A stretch of DNA of 64,000 nt. It comes from an uncultured Spirochaetaceae bacterium. GTDB taxonomy: Bacteria; Spirochaetota; Spirochaetia; Sphaerochaetales; Sphaerochaetaceae. Positions within the stretch are counted from its first letter, which is position 1. Each line of letters starts with the position of its first letter. The stretch covers positions 4,267 to 68,266 of the forward strand of contig CALXMP010000010.1 in the NCBI GenBank assembly GCA_944389505.1, written 5' to 3'. The position numbers were made by a program, and so were the translations under genes. The notes under the pieces are model-generated. The model was not told where the DNA came from. It saw nothing but the letters and a program-made list of their open reading frames with translations, and did not search any database. Positions 37,081 to 47,619 of the stretch are shown here, in pieces.

Positions 37081-37485
37081 ATGGTTATTGCTGTAACATA
37101 CAATAATGCTGATGGCACGATATTCGGCCATTTCGGAAGAACAGAGGCTTTCAAGCTCTACACTGTTGAAAACGGGAAAGTTGTCTCCAGTGAGGTTGTA
37201 TCATCTGCAGAGACAGGTGGTCATAGCGCCCTCGCTCCATTCCTGAAGGAGAGAGGTGTTGAGATGCTTATCGCAGGCGGCATGGGCATGGGAGCAAGGA
37301 ATGCGCTCGATGCTATGGGAATCAAGGTATATCCTGGAGCAGAGGGCGATGCGGATGCTGCCGTTGAGGCCTTCCTCTCAGGTTCCCTGAGCTATGATCC
37401 GGATGCGACATGCCATCATCATGACCATGAGCACGGCGAAGGCTGCGGACATCACCACGAAGACGGACATCACTGCTGCCATTGA
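37081..37485 (+). CDS. NifX/NifB-C-terminal-like (dinitrogenase FeMo-cofactor-binding fold) protein with a His/Cys-rich tail
   Basis: FGHFGRTEAFKLY...LIAGGMGMGARNAL core, tail HHHDHEHGEGCGHHHEDGHHCCH, GGAGA before the ATG. Confidence 0.8.
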   Translation: MVIAVTYNNADGTIFGHFGRTEAFKLYTVENGKVVSSEVVSSAETGGHSALAPFLKERGVEMLIAGGMGMGARNALDAMGIKVYPGAEGDADAAVEAFLSGSLSYDPDATCHHHDHEHGEGCGHHHEDGHHCCH

Positions 37486-37496
37486 CCGGAGATAAG

Positions 37497-38891
37497 ATGA
37501 GAACGATTCTATGGTATGATCTCGAGACATTCGGCCTCAATCCTCGCTATGACAGGATAGCGCAGGCTGCCGCAATCCGCACCGATATGGACCTGAATCC
37601 TATCGGCGAGCCGATTGTGCTCTACGCAAAGCTCTCCCAGGACTATCTTCCAACCCCATCCTCCTGCCTTATAACTGGAATAACACCGCAGGAAGTGAAT
37701 GAGAAAGGCATATGCGAAGCGGAATTCATAAAGAAGCTCCGGGCTGAGTTCATGATGCCAGGGACGATCGCAGCAGGATACAACTCCATAGGATTCGATG
37801 ATGAAGTGATCCGCAATACGCTCTACCGCAATCTCTATGATCCATATGAGCGGGAATACAGGAACGGCTGCTCCCGCTGGGATATCATAAACCTTGTGAG
37901 AGCCACACGTGATCTCAGACCGGAAGGCCTTGTATTCACCACGCTCAATGAGGAGACAGGCGCCCCATCCTTCAAGCTCACAGATCTGACAGCGGAGAAC
38001 AATATCGAGCAGGTAGGTGCGCATGATGCGCTTGTCGATGTGCGGGCGACAATAGCTATCGCAAAGCTCATAAAGGAAAAGCAGCCCAATCTCTATGCAT
38101 GGGCCATCGGGCATAGGACAAAGAATGAGATAACCAAGGAAATCAATGTGCTTGCCCACCAGCCATTCCTGAATACGCAGCCCATATTCGTATCGGAAAA
38201 GGGCAATACACATCCCCTGCTCCCGTTGTTCTATGAGGCAGAGAAATCCTCTGCCCTATATTGCTTCGACCTCACAAGGGATATCCCGGAGAGTGCGGCC
38301 GGTGGTTATCAGGAGACGGGAATCGTAAGGCTGATGGTCAACCGCTGTCCGTTCGTTGCCCCGATAAGCGTACTCGACAGCGAGAGCGAGAAGAGGCTCG
38401 GATTCACGAAGGAAGAAATAAGGAGAAAAGCGGCGAAGGCTATCGTAGCTCCCGTCCTCTCCAGAAAGTCGATACTCGAAGCAAGGGAAGAGAGGACCGA
38501 CGCAGACACCGATCCCGATCTCACCATCTACCAGAGCTTCCCTTCAGACCATGACAAGGGAGTTATGGAGAGCATCAGGGCGATGAAGCCTGAGGACAGA
38601 CTCCGCAAAGGTGAGCACCTCTTCGACAACGATAAATACCACAAGCTTCTTTGGAGGCAGGTTGCAAGAAACTGGCCTGAGGCCCTATCAGAGAAAGACA
38701 GGGCAAGCTGGAAGAACTTCTCAGCCCTGCGCCTCATAAATCCCCCTGCTGAGGGAGCCCTCTCCTACGAGCACTACATGCGCACAGTCGATGAGCTTCT
38801 CCAGTCGCTCGATACGACAGGCAAGGAGAAAGAGATACTGATGAAGCTCAAGGAATACGGCCAGAAACTCTATGATGAAGTGATTGCATGA
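37497..38891 (+). CDS. sbcB: Exodeoxyribonuclease I
   Basis: ILWYDLETFG (Exo I motif), GYNSIGFDDEV, HDALVDV. ATG at 37497 after GGAGA; the track start at 37482 is a TTG. Confidence 0.9.
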   Translation: MRTILWYDLETFGLNPRYDRIAQAAAIRTDMDLNPIGEPIVLYAKLSQDYLPTPSSCLITGITPQEVNEKGICEAEFIKKLRAEFMMPGTIAAGYNSIGFDDEVIRNTLYRNLYDPYEREYRNGCSRWDIINLVRATRDLRPEGLVFTTLNEETGAPSFKLTDLTAENNIEQVGAHDALVDVRATIAIAKLIKEKQPNLYAWAIGHRTKNEITKEINVLAHQPFLNTQPIFVSEKGNTHPLLPLFYEAEKSSALYCFDLTRDIPESAAGGYQETGIVRLMVNRCPFVAPISVLDSESEKRLGFTKEEIRRKAAKAIVAPVLSRKSILEAREERTDADTDPDLTIYQSFPSDHDKGVMESIRAMKPEDRLRKGEHLFDNDKYHKLLWRQVARNWPEALSEKDRASWKNFSALRLINPPAEGALSYEHYMRTVDELLQSLDTTGKEKEILMKLKEYGQKLYDEVIA

Positions 38892-39137
38892 CATCCGCAC
38901 GCGGATGCATCCAAGCTTCTCTGATATTCTTGCTGATTATCGCTAATAATCTTGCTAATAATAAAATTATCAGCGGTAATTAGTGAGAATATGCCTTAGA
39001 CAGAAATTTGGAATTGCGGAAAGAAAAGATAATGATGCCTATTTTGTGAGAAGCGGCAGTACATTGAACCTTAGGACATCTGAAACATCGGAACCTATAG
39101 ATCTGAATAGCTAAGACGTTATCATCTTAATTCATTC

Positions 39138-39173
39138 AAAGACGCTGCTTTGCATACCGCTGGCAGCGTCTTT
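39138..39173 (+). other. Perfect 11-bp hairpin in the sbcB-prfA intergenic region
   Basis: AAAGACGCTGC, a 14-nt loop, then GCAGCGTCTTT, followed by GTCTTTGTCTG. It lies about 60 nt upstream of the prfA ATG. Confidence 0.5.
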
Positions 39174-39234
39174 GTCTTTGTCTGCCTTAATGCACCTGAT
39201 GGAAAGAAAATCCCCGTATTGATATACTACCTCT

Positions 39235-40299
39235 ATGACAGAGAAACTCCCTGAATATAAAAAGCAGCTTGAAGAGCTCGATGCAAAGCTTGCATCGGAA
39301 GCTGTGCTCTCCGATATGAAGCAGTATAAGGCGCTGATGCAGGAGAGATCGCATCTTGCACCGGTTATCGAGAAGATGGAGGAAATCATCAAGCTCGAGG
39401 AGGAGATCGAAGGCTCGAAGGAGATGATCAAGAGCGAGTCCGACCCGGAGCTGGTGGAGATGGCGAAGGAGGAGATAGCGGAGCTTGAGGAGAAGCATGC
39501 TAAGGCAGAGAAGGAATGCCGTATGCTTCTTATTCCGCCAGATCCTCTTGAAGGGAAGAACATAATCATGGAAATCCGTGCAGGAACAGGCGGCGAGGAA
39601 GCTGCCCTCTTCGCTGCGGATATTTTCCGCATGTATACGCGCTATGCGGAGAAGATGCACTGGAAAATGGAGATAATGAATCTCAATGAGACAGGCATCG
39701 GGGGATACAAGGAAATCGTCGTCTCTATCTCCGGCAAGGATGTCTATGGATCGCTGAGATTCGAGTCGGGCGTGCATAGAGTTCAGAGAGTTCCTGAAAC
39801 GGAATCAGGCGGAAGGATACATACATCGGCTGTTACTGTAGCCGTTCTTCCTGAAGCTGAGGAGACAGATATCGAGATAAAGCAGGAAGATCTCAGGATT
39901 GATGTGATGAGAGCAGGAGGTCCTGGCGGCCAGTGCGTCAACACAACCGATTCCGCTGTCAGAATCACTCATATCCCATCCGGCATTGTCGTAATCTGCC
40001 AGGATGAGAAATCACAGATAAAGAACAGGGCAAAGGCGATGAGGGTACTCCGCTCAAGGCTTTATGAGGCAGAGGAATCCAGAAAGAGGCAGGAAAGAGC
40101 TGATGCGAGGAAGAATATGGTCGGATCAGGAGACCGCTCAGAAAGGATCAGGACATACAACTTTCCTCAGAACAGGCTTACGGATCATAGGATCAATCTC
40201 ACCCTCTATAAGCTTGACCTCATAATGGAAGGAGAGCTCGGAGAGGTAATCGATGCACTGAAGCTTGCGGCGGGCGAGAAGGCGCTTGAGGAAGCGTGA
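39235..40299 (+). CDS. prfA: Peptide chain release factor 1
   Basis: GGQ motif ([17 protein letters not shown]), RF1-type domain order, 354 aa. Confidence 0.97.
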   Translation: MTEKLPEYKKQLEELDAKLASEAVLSDMKQYKALMQERSHLAPVIEKMEEIIKLEEEIEGSKEMIKSESDPELVEMAKEEIAELEEKHAKAEKECRMLLIPPDPLEGKNIIMEIRAGTGGEEAALFAADIFRMYTRYAEKMHWKMEIMNLNETGIGGYKEIVVSISGKDVYGSLRFESGVHRVQRVPETESGGRIHTSAVTVAVLPEAEETDIEIKQEDLRIDVMRAGGPGGQCVNTTDSAVRITHIPSGIVVICQDEKSQIKNRAKAMRVLRSRLYEAEESRKRQERADARKNMVGSGDRSERIRTYNFPQNRLTDHRINLTLYKLDLIMEGELGEVIDALKLAAGEKALEEA

Positions 40300-41120
40300 G
40301 GATAAAGGATGCGAGGAGACTTCTCCTCGGAAAGCTCGACAGCACAGATGCAAGGATAATCCTCAGGCTTGCAACCGGTCTCGATGATATCCACCAGATA
40401 ACAGAGGGAGAATCGGAGCTCTCGCCGGAGGCAGAGTCCATTATCCAGGAACTGATGGAAAAGCGTCTTTCAGGAACTCCCATGGCATATATCATGGGAG
40501 AGAAGGAGTTCTATGGACTGCCATTCCATGTTTCTGGAAGCGTTTTGATTCCACGCCCCGATACAGAGACTCTCGTCGATACAGCGATAGAACTTGCAGG
40601 AAGATTCAGTAATCCGAGGATTCTAGACCTCTGCACAGGAAGCGGAGCGATAGGCACAGCTATAGCGTATACGCTCTCGATTCCCGTTGCTATCTCAGAT
40701 ATATCCAGCGAAGCGATTGCGATAGCCTCGGAAAATTACCGTTCGAATACGGGAAAGGAACCCGATGCAAGGACAGGCGATCTCTTCGAACCATGGGCAG
40801 GTTCCGTCTTTGATATCATAGCGACAAACCCACCCTATCTTACCGATGCCTGGTACGAAGAGACGGAAAGGGATGTGAAGGCAGAGCCTATGAATGCCCT
40901 TGTAGGTGGAGGCCAGGATGGGCTTGATATAATCCGCAGGATAATATCACAGGCTCCGGATTATTTATCCCCTGATGGCTATTTAGCCATCGAGTGCGAC
41001 TATCGGCAGATTGAGATATGTGGTAGACTTCTCGAAACGGAAGGTTTTTCTGATATCGCATCCAGAAAGGATCTTGCGGGTAAGGAACGGGTAGTCTATG
41101 GCAGAAGAAATTCCAAATAA
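40296..41120 (+). CDS. prmC: Release-factor glutamine N5-methyltransferase
   Basis: NPPY motif (IATNPPYL), [14 protein letters not shown] motif. GTG start overlaps the prfA stop (GTGA). Confidence 0.9.
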   Translation: MRIKDARRLLLGKLDSTDARIILRLATGLDDIHQITEGESELSPEAESIIQELMEKRLSGTPMAYIMGEKEFYGLPFHVSGSVLIPRPDTETLVDTAIELAGRFSNPRILDLCTGSGAIGTAIAYTLSIPVAISDISSEAIAIASENYRSNTGKEPDARTGDLFEPWAGSVFDIIATNPPYLTDAWYEETERDVKAEPMNALVGGGQDGLDIIRRIISQAPDYLSPDGYLAIECDYRQIEICGRLLETEGFSDIASRKDLAGKERVVYGRRNSK

Positions 41121-43116
41121 AGAACTTGTAGACAAATTCGTCAAGAAGATCATCAAGTACTCCGATGAGGACAAGGCAAAGATATCGGCAGCAGCGGTCT
41201 TTGCTGCGAAGAAACACGGAGACCAGAGACGCAAGACGAACCAGCCATATATCACCCACCCTATCGCAGTTGCTGAGATACTCATGCAGATCGGAATGGA
41301 TGCGGATACAGTTGCCGCAGGCCTTCTCCATGACACAATCGAAGACACGGATACAACCGAGGAGGAGATCTCCACCATATTCGGACGCGAAGTCGGGGAG
41401 ATGGTGCAGGCTGTAACAAAGATATCCAGGATTACCGATGAGAAATCCATCCAGGAAGCGGAGACCATCAAGAAGATGTTCTTCGCCATGTCACGCGACC
41501 TCAGGGTTATCCTCATCAAACTCGCTGATAAGCTCCATAACATGAGGACAATCGCGGGACTGTCCCCAGAGAGAAGGCGCTCTTTCGCGCAGGACTGCCT
41601 CGACATCTTCGCGCCTATCGCGGACAGTCTCGGTATGCAAACGATAAAGAGCGAGCTCGAAGATCTCTCGCTGAAGGCTCTCAAGCCGGAGTCATATGAC
41701 TACATAAACAGCTACCTGCTTGAGAAGAAGGGTGAATATACCGCATACATAAAACAGGTATCAAGGGCGATAGCTGAAGCCTGCAGGAAGGCAGGAATCA
41801 CCGATATAGAGATCACAGGAAGGGTAAAGCACGCCTACTCGATATACCAGAAGATCAAGAAGAGGAAGAAGGAGATCGATGAGATCTATGATATCCTCGG
41901 TATCAGGGTAATATGCCAGACGACCGTTGAATGCTATACGATCCTCGGAATAATCCACTCCACATGGATTCCTATCGAAGGCCGCTTCAAGGACTATATA
42001 GCGATGCCCAAGGCGAACAACTACCAGTCCCTCCATACGACGGTCCTCGGTCCGCAGAACAGGCATCTTGAAATCCAGATAAGAACACAGGAGATGCATA
42101 AGACCGCAGAGGAAGGTGTTGCAGCGCACTGGGCGTACAAAGCGGCATCGGGCTCTGAGTCAGGCACATGGAAGGCTGTTGATTCAATCAACTACCAGAA
42201 GATCATCAAGAAGATCAAGTCATGGTCCAAGGAGATTCAGGAATCCGAGGACTTCATGGATGAGATCAAGAATGAGCTCCTGAAGGACTCGATTGTCGTA
42301 TTCACCCCGCAGGGCCATGTCATCGAGCTCCCTGTTGGATCGACTGCCCTTGATTTCGCATACAAGGTCCATACGGAGATCGGCAACCATTGCTCAGGAG
42401 CAAGGGCCGATGGCTCTATAATCCCTCTCAACAAGCCACTTGGGAATACGCAGATCGTGGAGATCATGACGAGCCCCAATGCCCATCCGAATCAGCAGTG
42501 GCTTGATTATGCCCAGACGACATCAGCGAAGAAGAAGATCAGGGCATGGCTGAACAAGAATGCGGCCTCGAATATCCCGATAGCGCAGGAAGCCGCTCCA
42601 GAGAAGAAAAAGCCGCAGACACCGATGGAGAGCACCCGAGCGATAATCCCGCTGATGCAGGGGCTCAAGTTCACATCGAATGATAAGAAAGGCTCCGTCG
42701 TCATAGGCGACAACAGCAATATACTCTTCGACTTCGCAAAGTGCTGCAACCCAGTCCATGGGGATAAGATCGTTGCCTACATCACAAGAGGAAGGGGCTA
42801 CGTGATCCACAGGGCTGACTGCCCCAACCTGAAGAATATGAGCGAGGCAGATGAGCGCATCGTTCCTGTCGAATGGGATAACCAGGAGCTCGTGAGGCGC
42901 TTCTCCGTCGTTGCAAAGTTCAACTCCGAGCTCTTCGGAGAGATCGACAAAGCGGTCAGGAAGCACGGAGGCCATCTCATACAGGGTGCGCTCGATGTCG
43001 CCCCCGAAGGACTTGTCGGAACATTCACAATCAGCGCTGACAGCGATGATGACATGAAGAAGACAACGCAGGCTATCAGGCAAATACCTTCGATAATAAG
43101 GATCCAGGGAGTCTGA
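41098..43116 (+). CDS. relA: Bifunctional (p)ppGpp synthetase/hydrolase (RSH)
   Basis: HD hydrolase domain (HPIAVAEIL...LLHDTIEDT), synthetase domain (YQSLHTTV), TGS and ACT-like C-terminus. Confidence 0.95.
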   Translation: MAEEIPNKELVDKFVKKIIKYSDEDKAKISAAAVFAAKKHGDQRRKTNQPYITHPIAVAEILMQIGMDADTVAAGLLHDTIEDTDTTEEEISTIFGREVGEMVQAVTKISRITDEKSIQEAETIKKMFFAMSRDLRVILIKLADKLHNMRTIAGLSPERRRSFAQDCLDIFAPIADSLGMQTIKSELEDLSLKALKPESYDYINSYLLEKKGEYTAYIKQVSRAIAEACRKAGITDIEITGRVKHAYSIYQKIKKRKKEIDEIYDILGIRVICQTTVECYTILGIIHSTWIPIEGRFKDYIAMPKANNYQSLHTTVLGPQNRHLEIQIRTQEMHKTAEEGVAAHWAYKAASGSESGTWKAVDSINYQKIIKKIKSWSKEIQESEDFMDEIKNELLKDSIVVFTPQGHVIELPVGSTALDFAYKVHTEIGNHCSGARADGSIIPLNKPLGNTQIVEIMTSPNAHPNQQWLDYAQTTSAKKKIRAWLNKNAASNIPIAQEAAPEKKKPQTPMESTRAIIPLMQGLKFTSNDKKGSVVIGDNSNILFDFAKCCNPVHGDKIVAYITRGRGYVIHRADCPNLKNMSEADERIVPVEWDNQELVRRFSVVAKFNSELFGEIDKAVRKHGGHLIQGALDVAPEGLVGTFTISADSDDDMKKTTQAIRQIPSIIRIQGV

Positions 43117-44742
43117 TTACTCCCCGGATACAACCCTGAGTATCTCAGGCAGAAGCTGCTTTTTCCTCGATAGAACTCCAGGTAGGCTGAGCATGCCATC
43201 TGAGAGCTTGTCATATGCAAGCTTCTGGACAAGTGGATAGTCAGAGGAAAGAAGAACCGAGGAGCCGCGTATCACATCGGTTATAAGCAGCATGCACCAG
43301 TCCAGACCGTCACGCTTCCGGACAATCTCCAGCGCCTCGATGTATTTATCCCTTATCTCCTCCGCTTCCGCGATATTCGTCACCTCGACCTGCCCTATCG
43401 CGAATCTTACCTTCCCTTCCTTGTATGTCTTCATATCGGAGCGTATCACACTCTCGGCATTCTTCTCCGCAAGAGAGACATCGCCTGAGAAGAGCGCTTC
43501 GGAGAACACCGCTATATCAACACCGGCAATGGCTGCAAGCTTATTGGCAACGTGCCTGTCATAATCGGTGGTCGTAGGACTCTTAAGCATGACCGTATCG
43601 GAGACAAGACCAGCAAGGAGCACCTTTGCCGTCATCGGATCGATATCCACGCCCCATTTTCTGAACTGCTCATAGACAATCGTGCACGTCGATCCGAGCG
43701 GCTCCGAGCAGATGTAGATAGGCGTCCTCATGCGCGGGGCAGCAAGCCTGTGATGGTCAAGGATCTCCACGATTTCCGCATCATCGAGTCCCGTTATCGA
43801 CTGCTCTATCTCATTGTGATCGACAAGGATGAACTTCTTCCTCGGCTTATCGAGAAAGCAGCGCCGTGTGACGAATCCTGACCATCTATCATCGGTATAG
43901 ACCGACAGCCCTCTGTATTCGCTCTCCTGAAGCGTCTTCTTCGCCTCATCGAAGAGCATGTCGGAATCGAGATGGACATCCTCGCTCCGGAGGATATCGG
44001 AAAGAGGCGTTGAAAGGCGCATCAGCCTGAGCGTCTCTGCGGTATCGAGAGCCGAGACATAGACAAATCCACTGAATGATGAGAAATCGAAATCGAACTC
44101 ATCAAGGCGCTCTATGCCGGTAAGGACGATACCTGGAAGCGAGCGTTGTATCGCAGCCTCAAGATGCTTCCTTCTGTCACCTATGATGAGCACAGGCTTC
44201 ACCTGGCATTTATCCAGACGGGACAGGAAGACTCCGTATTCCATCGCACCAACCATATAGGGGGCCTGGACATCGACGCCCTTGCCGTGCTTGAGGAATG
44301 TGCCTTTTATCACCCTGCCTATATTCTCCTCAGAGAGCGTATAGCTCATCCTCTCGCCATGGCGGCTCTCACGCAGGAAGAAATTGTTTATATCATCGGA
44401 AGACAGAAGGCACCTGAACTCCCCGTCATCTATAACGGGAACGACCGTCGGACGCATCCTTGAATAGAGATCCATGAGAAGATATATCGGATCGGAGGAG
44501 GTCATCGAATACGTAGGGGATTTCTTTACCTCCCCTACACGCGGCCGTGCATCATGCATGAACTCCGGCAGATCTATCGAATTCGATGAGAAGAACTCCC
44601 TTGTATTGCCATTGGCAGGTCCAAGCATGATCGGCTTGTATGTATTGCCATCATCCAGCCGGTTCTTGAGCACTGCATACGCCCATGCAGAGCAAACTGA
44701 ATCCATATCCGGATTGCGGTGTCCTGTAATGTAGATTTCCAT
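43117..44742 (-). CDS. CBS-domain-containing family II (DHH) inorganic pyrophosphatase
   Basis: GHRNPDMDS, VDHNE and DHHR DHH/DHHA2 motifs, with a CBS/DRTGG insertion. 541 aa. Confidence 0.85.
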   Translation of the reverse strand: MEIYITGHRNPDMDSVCSAWAYAVLKNRLDDGNTYKPIMLGPANGNTREFFSSNSIDLPEFMHDARPRVGEVKKSPTYSMTSSDPIYLLMDLYSRMRPTVVPVIDDGEFRCLLSSDDINNFFLRESRHGERMSYTLSEENIGRVIKGTFLKHGKGVDVQAPYMVGAMEYGVFLSRLDKCQVKPVLIIGDRRKHLEAAIQRSLPGIVLTGIERLDEFDFDFSSFSGFVYVSALDTAETLRLMRLSTPLSDILRSEDVHLDSDMLFDEAKKTLQESEYRGLSVYTDDRWSGFVTRRCFLDKPRKKFILVDHNEIEQSITGLDDAEIVEILDHHRLAAPRMRTPIYICSEPLGSTCTIVYEQFRKWGVDIDPMTAKVLLAGLVSDTVMLKSPTTTDYDRHVANKLAAIAGVDIAVFSEALFSGDVSLAEKNAESVIRSDMKTYKEGKVRFAIGQVEVTNIAEAEEIRDKYIEALEIVRKRDGLDWCMLLITDVIRGSSVLLSSDYPLVQKLAYDKLSDGMLSLPGVLSRKKQLLPEILRVVSGE

Positions 44743-44779
44743 ACTCTAGATGATATAATGGGAGCAAGGAGTTTTAAAG

Positions 44780-45223
44780 ATGGCAAAAGCGGTCATGGCG
44801 AATGATCATGGTGCTGTTGAGCTCGCAGCAAAGCTCAGGAAGCATCTTGAGGATAGAGGGATTGAGGTCGTTTACCTCGGAACGGATAAGGAAGAGAGCG
44901 TTGACTACCCTGACAAGGCAGAGGAAGCTGTGAAGGAGTTCCGCAAGGGCGGATATGATTTCGGGGTCCTCCTCTGTGGCACAGGCATCGGAATCTCGAT
45001 AGCGGCGAACAAGATGGATGGGATAAGGTGCGCGCTCCCGCAGACTGCATACTCAGCGGAGATGACAAGAAGGCACAACAATCCTCAGTTCATCGCATTC
45101 GGAGGCAGGGTCGATTACGCTGAGAATCCGGAGAAGATTCTCGATGCATTCATCGATGCTGAGTTCGAAGGCGGCAGGCATCAGAGAAGAATAGATAAGA
45201 TGATGGCGCTTGCAGGAAAGTAA
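44780..45223 (+). CDS. rpiB: Ribose-5-phosphate isomerase B
   Basis: RpiB/LacAB family motifs (GVLLCGTGIGISIAANK, GGRHQRRI). Confidence 0.9.
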   Translation: MAKAVMANDHGAVELAAKLRKHLEDRGIEVVYLGTDKEESVDYPDKAEEAVKEFRKGGYDFGVLLCGTGIGISIAANKMDGIRCALPQTAYSAEMTRRHNNPQFIAFGGRVDYAENPEKILDAFIDAEFEGGRHQRRIDKMMALAGK

Positions 45224-45231
45224 GCAGCAAT

Positions 45232-45264
45232 GAGGGCTTCGGAAAGAGGCCCTCGCTTATTTTC
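45232..45264 (+). terminator. Rho-independent terminator of rpiB
   Basis: GAGGGCTTC-ggaaa-GAGGCCCTC (9 bp, one G-U pair) followed by GCTTATTTTC. Confidence 0.7.
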
Positions 45265-45345
45265 TGGGGGCCATCACAGCATAGAAGATACATCATCACT
45301 TTCCCAACATGGACACAGTATTCCAGAGGGATTAGAATCCAGGAT

Positions 45346-46104
45346 GTGAATATCACATGGGATGCAGAGAAATACACGAAGGAATTCTCCTTCGTTCATC
45401 AGTATGGAAACGGAGTACTGGAACTCATCGACCGGGAAAAGGCAAAGACAGCCATCGACCTCGGATGCGGCAACGGAGCGCTTTCCAGGAAACTGAAGGA
45501 TATGGGGCTGGATGTCATCGGCATCGACTCATCCCCTGAACAGCTTGGAATAGCAAGGAAGGACTATCCTGACATCCCATTCATCGAGGCTGATGCAACA
45601 TCATTCTCAGTCGATGATCCTGTGGATATCATATTCTCCAACGCCGTATTCCACTGGATTGACAAGGACAGGCAGCCCGATATGCTGAAACACGTCTCCG
45701 AGGCGCTTACCCCTGGCGGGCAGTTCGTATTCGAGATGGGAGGCTATGGCAACAACAGGCTCATACACAGAGAGCTGAGGAAAGCATTCGAGCGCCATGG
45801 ATACAGCTACAGGATGCCATTCTACTTCCCTTCCATAGGAGAGTACTCCGCGATGATCGAATCAGCGGGGATGCTCGTCACATACGCCTTCCTCTTTGAC
45901 CGCCCGACAGAGCTCAGAGGGGATGATGGACTTGGCAGCTGGATCCGGATGTTCATACGCACGCCTTTCATAGTCGTCAATGATGCGGACAAGGAAGCTG
46001 CCATCATCAGCGAGGCTGTGGAGAATCTCAGACCGGACCTCTATCATGATGGCAGATGGTATTCCGATTATGTACGTCTCAGGATTAAGGCCGTGAAGCC
46101 ATAA
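45346..46104 (+). CDS. Class I SAM-dependent methyltransferase (trans-aconitate-methyltransferase-like)
   Basis: WDAEKY N-terminus, IDLGCGNG SAM motif. GTG start. Confidence 0.8.
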   Translation: MNITWDAEKYTKEFSFVHQYGNGVLELIDREKAKTAIDLGCGNGALSRKLKDMGLDVIGIDSSPEQLGIARKDYPDIPFIEADATSFSVDDPVDIIFSNAVFHWIDKDRQPDMLKHVSEALTPGGQFVFEMGGYGNNRLIHRELRKAFERHGYSYRMPFYFPSIGEYSAMIESAGMLVTYAFLFDRPTELRGDDGLGSWIRMFIRTPFIVVNDADKEAAIISEAVENLRPDLYHDGRWYSDYVRLRIKAVKP

Positions 46105-46106
46105 GC

Positions 46107-47471
46107 TCACTGCCTTATTGCTTTCCTGTATATCGCTATGGAAGCGGCCGCTGCAATGATCTCTGTAATCCAGAAAGCCGACCAAACACCATCAGGCCCC
46201 ATTCCAAGCCCGAAGCAGAGCAGGAAGGCTACAGGGATTATCACAACGATATAGCGCAGCAGGGAGATCATAAGGGATGATATCCCCTTCCCGAGCCCTT
46301 CCAGCGCACCGGATGATGCCACTGAAACAGAGGAGAAGATAAATCCGATGCTGATTGTCCTCAGCGCTGTGACACCGATGCTGATCGTATCGGGGTTCTC
46401 CGTGAAAATACCTACCAGTGAAGCTGGGAATGCCGCCGATAGTATTGTACCGGCAAGCATTATGACTGCGCACATGATGAGAACAACTGTGAATATACGC
46501 TTCACCCTGCCCATATCGCCGGCACCATAGTTGTAGCCGATAACAGGCCTCATCCCCTGTACGAATCCGCTTGCAGGCAGATACAGGAAGGTCTGGAGCT
46601 TATAATAGATGCCAAGGACAAGCGTATACACGCCAGAGAACGATGCGAGCATCGCATTAAGCGCCGATACAAGCACGGAAGGAAGCGCAAGGTTCAGCGT
46701 TGCAGGAATACCTATCAGATAGAGCCTTGAAGCCATCTTCAGGCCTGGAGTCATCATATCCTTCCTGATTCTTACCTTCATCGGGGAAATGAAGTAGACA
46801 GCGATGTATATCACGAGCGTAAGGAGCTGTCCCAGTCCTGTCGCAAGCGCCGCACCTTCAATTCCCATAGCCGGAACGGGCCCCGCCCCGAATATAAATA
46901 CAGGATCAAGGATTATATTCGATATACATCCTGCCATCATTGCAGCCATGGAGACCTTCATCCGCCCAACTGACTGGAATATCTTCTCAAATGTTATCCC
47001 GAGGATATTCACCAGAGAAAAGGCGAATACGACAACCGAATAACGTATGCCGTAATCGATTATTGCCTCAGAAGACGTAAACATTCTGAGAAACATCGGA
47101 GAAAAGGCAATGCAGAAGACCGTAAGGATGATTCCATGGATAGCAGAGAACAGAAGCCCTCCCGTCGCAGCAGCATTGGCCTTATCGCGCTCACCTGCCC
47201 CGGAATGGAATGCTATGACGGCATTAATTCCAACACCGAAGCCAACAGCAACCGAATGCACAAGATTCTGCATCGGGAACACGAGTGAAAGAGCCGTCAT
47301 CGAATCCTCGCTGATCATGGCGACGAAGTAACTGTCGACGATGTTGTACAGAGAGCTTACAAGCATGGACAGGACCATCGGAAGGGACATCGAGAGAAGC
47401 AGAGGGAATACATTGCGCTCCCTCATCGGATCATAAGAGGACACTGAAGCTGAAGATCTTGTCTCAGACAT
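46107..47471 (-). CDS. MATE-family efflux transporter
   Basis: 12 transmembrane segments, typical MATE N-terminus (LLLSMSLPMVLSMLVSSLYNIVDSYFV). ATG at 47471. Confidence 0.9.
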   Translation of the reverse strand: MSETRSSASVSSYDPMRERNVFPLLLSMSLPMVLSMLVSSLYNIVDSYFVAMISEDSMTALSLVFPMQNLVHSVAVGFGVGINAVIAFHSGAGERDKANAAATGGLLFSAIHGIILTVFCIAFSPMFLRMFTSSEAIIDYGIRYSVVVFAFSLVNILGITFEKIFQSVGRMKVSMAAMMAGCISNIILDPVFIFGAGPVPAMGIEGAALATGLGQLLTLVIYIAVYFISPMKVRIRKDMMTPGLKMASRLYLIGIPATLNLALPSVLVSALNAMLASFSGVYTLVLGIYYKLQTFLYLPASGFVQGMRPVIGYNYGAGDMGRVKRIFTVVLIMCAVIMLAGTILSAAFPASLVGIFTENPDTISIGVTALRTISIGFIFSSVSVASSGALEGLGKGISSLMISLLRYIVVIIPVAFLLCFGLGMGPDGVWSAFWITEIIAAAASIAIYRKAIRQ

Positions 47472-47577
47472 GAATACCACCTTTTCATTACCGCAGAGCG
47501 GAAGTCTATGAGTGGTGAAAAGATGATCGGATCAGGAAAAAAACCACTCCTATTTTCAGATTCTTCGTAAATGTTAC

Positions 47578-47605
47578 CGAAAACACCCGGAGTGTCAATC
47601 CGGAT
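47578..47605 (-). terminator. Candidate terminator of the glycoside operon
   Basis: Minus strand: ATCCGGA-ttgacac-TCCGGGT (7 bp, one G-U pair) followed by GTTTTC. Confidence 0.45.
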
Positions 47606-47619
47606 GCATTCGTCCTGTA

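Noticed and set aside
37509-38213. 234-aa ORF antisense to sbcB. Similar antisense ORFs lie at 40983-41684, 42523-43083, 47953-48519, 53615-54199 and 55499-56251. ORF 24068-24727 is the same kind of shadow ORF, opposite the MFS transporter gene (23586-24767).
   Set aside because: All lie opposite confidently identified genes, lack RBSs and have atypical composition. This is typical antisense ORF noise in a genome of about 50% GC.
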